64,000 nt of DNA from assembly GCA_000165345.1 (NCBI GenBank), contig CM000430.1, forward strand, positions 768,001-832,000, written 5' to 3'. Positions within the stretch are counted from its first letter, which is position 1. Every line of letters starts with the position of its first letter. The position numbers were made by a program, and so were the translations under genes. Below the pieces are notes generated by a model. It did not search any database and had not been told where the DNA came from. It worked only from the letters and a program-made list of their open reading frames with translations. Shown here piece by piece: positions 32,421 through 40,625 of the stretch.

Positions 32421-33899
32421 ATGGAAGGAGTTAAGTATTCGAGAGGAGGAAAAGTTCACGTAGGTGAGGAAAGATCTCGTGGAGGCAGAGGAGGTTATGT
32501 GGGGATGTTCGTAGATGGAAAGGGAAATGGACGTGGAGGAGGTACTTATAGGGGAAATAGATTTAGTAGAGGGAATAAAACAAAATCAGGATCAATTTAT
32601 AGAGATCAGAATACCAAACTTGATTTTACAAGAAAGTTGCAGAGCTCTACAGAAACAACCGTAGGACCTGATGAGCTGGAGAAGAGCAGTGCATCAGCTG
32701 ATTGTAGCAACAAAGTTGTCGTAGATACTAGTGACTTGCTAGCTAGTAGCTTTCGCATTCCACCGGAAAAGAAGTGCGATGAAAAGATTGGGGTAATACC
32801 CAATGGAATTTCAAGCACCGAAGCTAGTGAGTATTGTAAAAGCCAGGGCTCAAGTCAGAATCCAAGCCCCTTAGGAGGCTGCCAAGAAAAGTTTAATACT
32901 AGCTCAAATTTTTATGGTGATTCAAAACATTTCTCCAATTATAAACATTACAAGAAAAACCACTTCCAAAGCGCCTACCGGGGTAGAAGGAAAATGTTTA
33001 ATAAGACTCAAGGCGAAAAAGCTCTTGAAATGAATAGAGAACCTGAAAAGCAAGACTTAACTAGTCCTACTCCTAGTCCTGTGGAGCCAGCTCAGATAGA
33101 AGGGGTTGAAAGTATAAATACTAAAAAAGATGAACCAAAATTACCAACTTCTGATAAAAAAATCCCGAGTCAGGAAGATATTCTAGAAAGCCCAAGCAAA
33201 ATGCCTGATAAGAACTCGAAATGCACAGAGACTTTAATTAAGGACCAAGATAATAATATTAATTCCAATTCTCAGATGATTAGAGATGTAATTAACTGGA
33301 TGAAGGAACGCCAAGGAGAGGCAATTCAATGGCTCAAAGAAAATGGTAAGTATCCACAAGAAGAATATGTTCAGAACTCTGTTAGGAAGCCCCGGAAATT
33401 TTCCCAAGATGGAGGATTTAGGGAGAAAAAACAATCTTGGAATGGCAGCGAGCGAAATATAGAGGAGAAAAATCAGAGGTTCCCAGCAAAATACAAGGGC
33501 CAAAAGAAAGATACTCCCTCTTCTTATTCTCCTAAGACCCTAGTTAATCCAACAAATCAAGATAAGAGTAGCAATTCAACTTCAGAATGTTTAGAATTGT
33601 CAAAGTGCCGAGAAACTAGTAAACAATTTGGCGCCAATATTCCAAACAAAGACTTGGGTCAAAAGCTAGACTTGCGTGCAAAACAGAAATTTGAGTATAA
33701 TCGAAGATTCAGCAGGGAAAAAACTGGTAATTTTCATTTTCAAAACAAAACCAAGGAAGATGAGTCACGCCGCTCTACAGGAACAATAAATGACTCAAAA
33801 GATGGAGAGAAGAGTACTAACAGCAATAGTAACTTTAATACTCCTACCAAGTACAGAAATCAATACCACAAAAAGCAATCTGTTCAAAAAGATCTGTAA
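32421..33899 (+). CDS. RGG-box (Arg-Gly-Gly rich) low-complexity protein, probable RNA-binding protein, 492 aa
   Basis: Real ATG at 32421 in an AAAGTAATGG context. The N-terminus is MEGVKYSRGGKVHVGEERSRGGRGGYVGMFVDGKGNGRGGGTYRGNRFSRGNK, which is RGG repeats. The rest is Ser/Lys/Asn/Gln-rich. Confidence 0.6.
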   Translation: MEGVKYSRGGKVHVGEERSRGGRGGYVGMFVDGKGNGRGGGTYRGNRFSRGNKTKSGSIYRDQNTKLDFTRKLQSSTETTVGPDELEKSSASADCSNKVVVDTSDLLASSFRIPPEKKCDEKIGVIPNGISSTEASEYCKSQGSSQNPSPLGGCQEKFNTSSNFYGDSKHFSNYKHYKKNHFQSAYRGRRKMFNKTQGEKALEMNREPEKQDLTSPTPSPVEPAQIEGVESINTKKDEPKLPTSDKKIPSQEDILESPSKMPDKNSKCTETLIKDQDNNINSNSQMIRDVINWMKERQGEAIQWLKENGKYPQEEYVQNSVRKPRKFSQDGGFREKKQSWNGSERNIEEKNQRFPAKYKGQKKDTPSSYSPKTLVNPTNQDKSSNSTSECLELSKCRETSKQFGANIPNKDLGQKLDLRAKQKFEYNRRFSREKTGNFHFQNKTKEDESRRSTGTINDSKDGEKSTNSNSNFNTPTKYRNQYHKKQSVQKDL

Positions 33900-34543
33900 T
33901 GCTATTATTACCAGAAACTCTCAAGCCTAAGTTAATATATGTATATATTTATTCTTATTTCTTATATTTATTATTGCGAATAATTCTCAAACTCTAATGC
34001 TTGAATAGAGTTGTTTTAATTTTCTTTAAATTTTTTCTAGTACGTGTTTTAAGTATTGACGTGTTTACATGCATTTTACTTTCTTTACATGTGGGGAGTT
34101 GCCGCCTTTCGATTTTTAGTGGAGAATATTCCAAGAAATAAAAAATCGTATTATTATGTTGGTGTGCATAAATGCATGTTTATATATATATACATATTTG
34201 GACTATTTGATATCTTAATTTTATAGTCTTTATCTCAAACTCATATTTTCTAACTATTTACAAAAACTCTGAATAAGAACCTATTCAGTATAGTCAATCT
34301 TTCTCTTTATTATTTACTCTATTACCATTTATAGGCTTTATAAATTGATATCTTCTAACATAATGATCACTAACCCACTTTCTTTCACTTTCTATAAACA
34401 TGAATAATTATTTTTTCAAAAAAGAAATAAAGATAAACAGCTAGTTCCCGCCAGCGGTATAATCCATTGTAATTAATTTACCAAGTATCGAGAAGGATTT
34501 GAGAGATAAATTATATCAATTCAGGGAAAAAATAGTCGGTTTT

Positions 34544-36205
34544 ATGGAAACTGAACTCGGACTATCAAAAGAGGAAAATGGAAGAACAGGAGTAAGAGGA
34601 GAGTTATTCTTAAACTTTGAGGAGGTTGGGAGGATTCAAAAATTTTTGATGGAGAATTCGGGTAGCTTTGGATTTGAGTTGTCGCCAGAGCCTGTAGTTG
34701 ATAGTAACAAAAAAAATTCAAAAAAGAAGTCAATATCAGGAGGAGCTAAAGCGAATCCTTCTGGTACTGTGATAGGAGAAAAGAGGAAATCTCGAAGTTC
34801 GCGTCCATCTTATTCAAGAGAGCTAAAGGCGCTTTTAGAAGATGGGATGAGTATTTTAGAATCAAGACATGATAATAAGGGAGGTAACTCCCAAAGTTCA
34901 GTAGGACAAAGAGGAAATGTTGAAGATTCACAAAAAAGACTTCCAGATTGGGCTAAAAGATTTCACAGAATTCTCAAAGTTATTTCTCAGCAAGAAGCCT
35001 TCTCTCCTTTTGTTTCAGCTGTCAATATTAAAAACTTTGACTTATATATAAAAGGAAATGCTCTTTTCTCTAGAGAAGGTGTTGAGGAAGAGACTTTTGA
35101 CGGTATATCTTCAAGTGAAAATAAGAAAAAAGAAATTGACCGACTCTTTTTAAACGCCGGACAATTCTTCAAATATATAGAAAGATGTAGTCCGATCAAA
35201 CCAATTTCTCTCAATTGTATCATTAGTAAGCTCGAAAACAACGAATATTTATCAGCAGCTCATGTATTTTCCGATATATATTCTGTATGGATTTGTGGCT
35301 TCCGATCAGTAGAACCTGGAAAAGCTTTATGGACTAAAGCAGTAGATGCCTCACTTAATCTTAATTTAAAGCTTTTAAATGAACCGCTACAAGATGATTT
35401 CCTACTCACTTTTCCAGGTGGCATTCCTAAAGGGTCCACCAAAAATGCTAAGTCAATTATCGACGGGTCGTCAGCCTTGGAGCCTCCAAAGAAGATCCAA
35501 AATACCGGAAAAAATACAGGTTCCTTACTCTTTGATGACTCTGGAAAAGACCCCAACTACCATACATTTGGTAAAAGTAAAAAATCAGCCTCTAACAATC
35601 AGTCATCCCAAAACTCCTCCAGCTCCAAGTCTGCAAAAACCCCAAAGAAACACTCACAAGCTTCATCCTCCTCATATGGTGCCAAAGGAATTACTGAGCC
35701 TGAAAGACACGAGTTCCAATCCCTTCTTAGCCAACTTTCACAAAATGACCATGTTGAATTATTCAACTCCTTCTTCTCCACTGCTCACTGGAAAGAAGTT
35801 AACTCTGGTGAAGTGGAACTTGATGACCAGCAAACTCCCCCTAATGTTTTCCGTGAAATGATTAAATGGTGTAAACTCAAACTTAATATTCCTATACTAG
35901 AAGGCACATCCAAAAAAGATTCATCCTCAAATAAAAATACATGCAAACGAGCCCGCCAACAGAAGGCGCCTTCAGGATTGCACTCGTCACAAAAGAAAAA
36001 ATCTCATTTATCAGCTAAGCAATTCTTTTCATCCGGAAGGGCATTTAGTTCTCCGTCATCATCGTCGGCTAGCGAAGATGAAGACGATATTTCCTTATCT
36101 GGAAACTTACAAATTTCCCAACAGTGGGCATCCACTTCTTCATCTGGTGAATCAGATACCGAGCCAGAACTGACTAGTTTTTACCCACATTTTAATTCTA
36201 AATAA
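34544..36205 (+). CDS. Hypothetical protein with a degenerate bromodomain-like segment and a Ser/Lys-rich tail (about 553 aa from the first ATG)
   Basis: The ORF-track start at 34499 is TTG. The first in-frame ATG is at 34544 (TTTATGGAA). The segment ...RILKVISQQEAFSPFVSAVNIKNFDLYIKGNALF...CIISKLENNEYLSAAHVFSDIYSVWICGFRS loosely matches the bromodomain ZA/BC pattern (AWPF..PVD ... Y.s..eF..D..lmf.NC..YN). An E2F-type site, AGTTCCCGCCAG, lies at 34444-34455, about 90 bp upstream. Confidence 0.5.
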   Translation: METELGLSKEENGRTGVRGELFLNFEEVGRIQKFLMENSGSFGFELSPEPVVDSNKKNSKKKSISGGAKANPSGTVIGEKRKSRSSRPSYSRELKALLEDGMSILESRHDNKGGNSQSSVGQRGNVEDSQKRLPDWAKRFHRILKVISQQEAFSPFVSAVNIKNFDLYIKGNALFSREGVEEETFDGISSSENKKKEIDRLFLNAGQFFKYIERCSPIKPISLNCIISKLENNEYLSAAHVFSDIYSVWICGFRSVEPGKALWTKAVDASLNLNLKLLNEPLQDDFLLTFPGGIPKGSTKNAKSIIDGSSALEPPKKIQNTGKNTGSLLFDDSGKDPNYHTFGKSKKSASNNQSSQNSSSSKSAKTPKKHSQASSSSYGAKGITEPERHEFQSLLSQLSQNDHVELFNSFFSTAHWKEVNSGEVELDDQQTPPNVFREMIKWCKLKLNIPILEGTSKKDSSSNKNTCKRARQQKAPSGLHSSQKKKSHLSAKQFFSSGRAFSSPSSSSASEDEDDISLSGNLQISQQWASTSSSGESDTEPELTSFYPHFNSK

Positions 36206-36228
36206 AAATCAAAAGCAAACTGGAGAAC

Positions 36229-36247
36229 AAGTTCCCGCCTAATTTTT
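36229..36247 (+). promoter_or_regulatory. E2F-type GC-rich element AAGTTCCCGCCTAATTTTT. One of three exact copies of the 12-mer TTCCCGCCTAAT
   Basis: Exact 12-mer TTCCCGCCTAAT at 120-131 (plus), 36232-36243 (plus) and 37938-37949 (minus). Related TTCCCGCC sites at 34444-34455 (plus) and 58680-58693 (minus, CGATTTCCCGCCAAAA). Confidence 0.5.
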
Positions 36248-36798
36248 CTTAGCTAAGAAAATCAAACATTTTATACGTGTACATATAATTAGTTTAGAAA
36301 TGGCTAGTCCAGCCCGAATCCTCGTAGCAAGTAAATTATACAAAATAAGCATTATATATATCAATAGTATTACAATGTACTCGATATAATCCCGCTTAGA
36401 AATTCTTTGAAGCTACACTTCTTTTCATGTTCCTCGCATTATCAAAGTATTGTAATAGCTATTAAAACCATAAGAGCTCTGCTAGTACGATTCTCTCTCT
36501 ACTTAATTCTAACCAGATAAAAATTGTCAATCGACAATAATCATTACCTAATCAATAGCATGTATGCGTAATCTGCATATAAAAATGCATATTGAAATTG
36601 GGTAAAATGGAAATGGTCAAAGCAACCAAGTAATGCATTGTTAACTATTATTACTATAATTGTGTATTTTTGCATTCATTTAGTTAAGTTGTTTGAAATA
36701 AGATGACTATTTTATGTAACTGGCTTCTAAAATTCTTTCAGAAAAGAAGCAAACATAAAAGTCAATCTTGTTTTGTGACCAGTAGTTTTTCATTCAAT

Positions 36799-37770
36799 CT
36801 ACAATGATCTCTTCTCCAAAACAATCTTTAGATTTCGTGCATTTAGACAAATATCCTCAAATTTTGTGTTAATTAATGAAAGTTGTTTAAATAACTCATC
36901 TGGTGTTGGTGACTCCTTCATCTTAATAGTCTTAACCAAAGACTCTGAAAACTCTCTTCCAAGTATATGAACTGCCTCCATTTCAATAATAGAGTCACCT
37001 ATTGAAATAAGATTAGTAATAGTCTCTGAATCTAGCTTTTTTTGAATCTCCAGAAATGCATTAAATTTCCATTTGTGATATGCCCCTGGATATTTATGTT
37101 CATACTTTGACCTTGCTGAAATAACTGTTAATCTTGATAAAACATCAACAACTTCTGGCATATACATTTTAGCAGAATAATCAACCCATCCCTCTGAAGC
37201 ATTAGTTATTAAAAATACGTTTCCCATATCCATAGCTTTGATAAGTAACTCAACTACGCATTTTTGAATTTGATTCATAATCATTTGTACATCCTCGGGA
37301 AGAAAAGTAGACAAAAAGTTATCAGAGCACCCACCTTGGCATGCAATAATATCCTTCTCTAGTTTACCTTGAGCTGAATCATTCACAACTTGTTGTGAAT
37401 TTGAGCTTCCACTAATTCTATTCCTTTTAGTTATCTGATAATTTAAGAATGTGGTGCAAAGTAAGGTATCATCCCAATCAAAAATTATTGCAGTTTGGTG
37501 CTTTGGCGGCCTATGTGCTGAAGGAACCCAAATTTTCAAATAACTCAATTTTTCCAAGTACTTGAGCCTTGAAGAGTCATTTTGAGACAAGTCCAATAGT
37601 CTGAATAAGAAATCATCATGCTCTTTTACCTCGTCTGTAGAATCGCCACAAGACTTTTTGGAACTATGAATCATTGAACGGTCATGTCCTGAAGCGTGTA
37701 CTCTCCTTTCCCCATCATTTTTGGTAATCCCCAATCTTAAAATTAGCCTTTCTCTTACATTATCTTTCAT
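36799..37770 (-). CDS. HAD-superfamily (DxDxT) phosphatase-like protein, 323 aa
   Basis: Real ATG at 37770..37768. Motif I is ...AIIFDWDDTLLCT, a DxDxT nucleophile motif comparable to the MDP-1/HAD FDLDYTLW motif. ...VFLITNASEGWV... follows later. The 5' flank is compact, 178 bp, and carries AGTTTCCCGCCTAATC on the minus strand at 37937-37955. Confidence 0.6.
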   Translation of the reverse strand: MKDNVRERLILRLGITKNDGERRVHASGHDRSMIHSSKKSCGDSTDEVKEHDDFLFRLLDLSQNDSSRLKYLEKLSYLKIWVPSAHRPPKHQTAIIFDWDDTLLCTTFLNYQITKRNRISGSSNSQQVVNDSAQGKLEKDIIACQGGCSDNFLSTFLPEDVQMIMNQIQKCVVELLIKAMDMGNVFLITNASEGWVDYSAKMYMPEVVDVLSRLTVISARSKYEHKYPGAYHKWKFNAFLEIQKKLDSETITNLISIGDSIIEMEAVHILGREFSESLVKTIKMKESPTPDELFKQLSLINTKFEDICLNARNLKIVLEKRSL

Positions 37771-37948
37771 AATATCAAAAGCTGACTATTCCCACTACTA
37801 GCTTTGATTAGCAGTTATTTTTTAACTACTAATTCCCCTACTTCATACCAATTATATATAAAAATCCTCTTTTACTTTTCTTCAGTATCTTCTTTTCTTT
37901 ATATAATTCATTCCTTAATTACATTTTCTCTTGAGATTAGGCGGGAAA

Positions 37949-40093
37949 CTATTTTATTGGCAGTCGTTTTAAATATCTGCTACCGAAAAGGTATTCACAA
38001 ATTTCAAGAGAATTGTTTGCATTAACGGTTCCTTCTGTCATAACTATTAGAAGGTTAGGAATAGGTTTTTTCTTTTAAGAAATATTGTAAAACTTACCAG
38101 GAAGACCTCTAATTCGGGTAGCTCCTTTTAAAATACAATCTTTAATAGAATATATTGAGATATTTGGGAAGACTGAAAGCAAGACCCCAGCTATCCCAGT
38201 TATAATTGGGGCAGAGAATGAGCTACCATCCATACATCTATATTCTGTGTTGAGTGGATTTTAGTTAGAATTTGGGTTAATTTTGTATTTTTTAGATTTG
38301 CATGCATCTTACCTCCCTGTAGATATGTAGAGCAAATATTAACTCCAGGAGCTCCAATATGGACGGTCTTTCTTCCATAAGTTGCTCTTTCCATTAGTTC
38401 TCCATTACTTTAGGTGATGAATAAAGAAATGAATAGATAAAGTTTTTAATTAGAATGAAAATTAAAATTTATTACTTACCTTGTAATCGAAGTCACAGAA
38501 ATAATGTTTTCAGACCTGTGAATTAGTTAGTGAAATTCAATATAAAAGTTCAGAATGTTCTATTTATATGATTTCTTTTTAACTTACTTGAAAGATGAAG
38601 GGAAAGTTGGAACAATATCATTATTTCTATCGCTTTCATAATTACCAGAAGCTACAATTACCAACATTCCTTGATCTTCACTTCTTTTAATTGCAAGTCT
38701 TAATAATTCAATGCTTTTACTAAAGACAGTATTATTGATTTTTGATGTTCAGTATTTACACTAAAGGTACTTACCTTCTACTTCCATAGCTATGATTTGA
38801 TACTCTTACTCCTTTATCTAATGCATAGTCAATAGCTTCGACAAATCCTGATAGGAATCCTCTAATTTTTGAGTCCAAAACCTTTAATACCATGATTTGG
38901 CAAAACCAACAAATTCCTGAAATACCAACTTCCTTATTTGGGATTGCAGAAATGATGCCAGAAATATGAGTTCCATGTCCATTATTATCTACTGGTATTT
39001 TATTATTATCCACAAAATTCTAAAAGGGTTTGTTTAAATTATAAAAAGTTGTATATTAATAAAAACTTAACTTACCCATCCATAACAATCATCAACATAA
39101 CCATTCATATCATCATCAATTCCATCATTACAGTCAAACTCTCCAAAATTCCTCCATATTTTTCCTCTCAAATCAGGATGCTCAAAATCAATCCCAGAGT
39201 CAATAACTGCAATTACAACATTTCCCATTCCTTGATCCTTAAGTTCTGAAACTCTTTTCCACATTTTTGCTGACTTTATCCCAAATTTTGAATCATTATG
39301 AAACCATTGTCTTTCATAAATAGTTGAATAGTTTTCAGTAGTTATTGTTGGCCTGATGGAGTTATTTATTTTTGGTATCTCAAATGTACTTCTGTAATTG
39401 TTTTCTTCGAATCCAATAAACTCGTCCAAATACACTCCCTAATAAAAGTTACAAAAATCTAGACGTAGAATTATTATAACTTACCTGAATCAAATCTTGA
39501 AACAAGCTGACTTGATCCTTTATTACATTCAGGAATTTTGTCATCTGATCATTATCTTTAGTTTGTATAATCTCCATGCTTAAATTCTTTAAATACCTTG
39601 TTTTTGTATTGTTAAACTAATAGTTTTGAAGAATTAATTTGATAAAATGTTTCATTATCCTTCCCATACAAATTAAAATTGAACAAATATATGGGAATTA
39701 TGAAAGCTTAACTCACCTTGAGTATATTAAAAGCTCTTTCAATAATGTTTTTAAACCTCAATCTTAATCTTAAAAATAACTCACTTGAGCCACTATTACT
39801 ATCTTTATATACAAATATTATTCTATTCGAGTCTTGATATTGTGATTCATTAACTTTAATCTAAATACATGTGATATAAAGCAATGTTTTAATGAGAGTT
39901 ATTTTGAAATTTTAACAGGGATTTGTTACTAGTTACTTACCTTTTTTATCAAATCCGTTAACCTAGTACCAAGATTAGAATCCTGCCTTTTAGAAACTAA
40001 TTCAGCTCCATTTTCTATTCTAATCAAGTTCTGAGACCTAACTGTTATTATAATAGTTACCAGGATTTGAATTATCAGTAGTTTTGCCCTCAT
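37949..40093 (-). CDS. Subtilisin-like (S8 family) serine protease, about 492 aa, encoded in 11 exons with 10 short introns
   Basis: Catalytic motifs assemble only after splicing: Asp in GNVVIAVIDSGIDFEHPDL, His in NNGHGTHISGIISA, Asn in SNHSYGS, and Ser in GSSFSAPIITGIAGV.

Exons in plus coordinates, read on the minus strand: 40093..40061 (tentative), 39997..39941, 39860..39717, 39616..39485, 39438..39076, 39019..38775, 38719..38588, 38515..38480, 38407..38313, 38244..38098, 38043..37949. The stop is a TAG at 37951..37949.

Introns run 46-100 nt. All except the uncertain first intron (GTAACT..ATTAG, 63 nt) start with GTAAGT, GTGAGT or GTAAGA and end in YAG. Phases are consistent across every junction, and exon lengths sum to 1479 nt, which is 493 codons. 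The predicted N-terminus MRAKLLIIQIL... is hydrophobic and signal-like. The ORF-track pieces at 38200..38394, 38771..39013 and 39067..39435 are exon fragments of this gene. Confidence 0.75.
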
Positions 40094-40625
40094 TCGGAGC
40101 TATTGTTATTTTTTATATATTATATTTAAAAAAAAGAAATATATATTTTATATTATTTTCAATTAAAATATAATGAGCAAAAATTTCCTCTTCTTTTCCT
40201 ATCACCTATTATTGGAAAAAAAATATATTAAACTTTTAGTCAAATTGTTTTCTTTTATTTTTTTTCCCTCTGTTTACCTATATCTCATTATACTTATTCA
40301 AAATTCTTGCATTGTCTTTATAGATAACCCTAGTTTCTCCAACCTATATAATTAAACAACTTTATGTGTTTTTATATTTTTTACGTAATAATTTTAATGT
40401 GGACAATTGTTTCATATACCGGTGCTCCTATTACGTAAGAATAGTTTGCATGTAGTGCATGCAATTGAAATGCATGCATGAGCGAAATTTTGCGGGTTTG
40501 GAGAAGAAAAATAATGAACGCGAAAAATAGAGTTATTGGAAAGAGTAAGAAGCACTAATTATTCGAATTTTTAGTTTTTTTCCTTCCAAATTTGTGAATT
40601 TGAGAGGCTGAATTGAATCGTTTTT
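40094..40625. promoter_or_regulatory. Promoter region of the subtilase gene
   Basis: AT-rich, with a GCATGTAGTGCATGCAATTGAAATGCATGCATGAGCG cluster at 40449-40485. Confidence 0.5.

Noticed and set aside
35379-35861. 160-aa plus-strand ORF overlapping the bromodomain-like gene in another frame, plus antisense ORFs 34542..35781
   Set aside because: Alternate-frame or antisense readings of a Ser/Lys/Pro-rich coding region. They have no independent start context or motif.
36300-36330. Possible tRNA T-arm-like sequence (CCCGAATCCTCG) and search for tRNA, snRNA or rRNA genes
   Set aside because: No GTTCGAATC/GGTTCGA box with a matching acceptor stem and anticodon arm. Nothing resembling U2, U4, U5 or U6 cores, and no rRNA-like GC-rich structured stretch anywhere in the window.
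38200-39435. Three short minus-strand ORFs (38200..38394, 38771..39013, 39067..39435) as independent small genes
   Set aside because: They are exon fragments of the 11-exon subtilase. The 38200..38394 ORF is partly in the wrong frame. The true frame gives the GSSFSAP catalytic-serine motif.
39998-40093. Alternative first-intron models for the subtilase (donor at GTTAGG or GTCTCA, acceptor at AAATAG or AAAAG)
   Set aside because: Tested phases: only GTAACT(40060)...ATTAG(39998) joins the ATG exon to exon 2 in frame with canonical dinucleotides and a typical 63-nt length. The others break the frame or use poor donors. The chosen model remains tentative.
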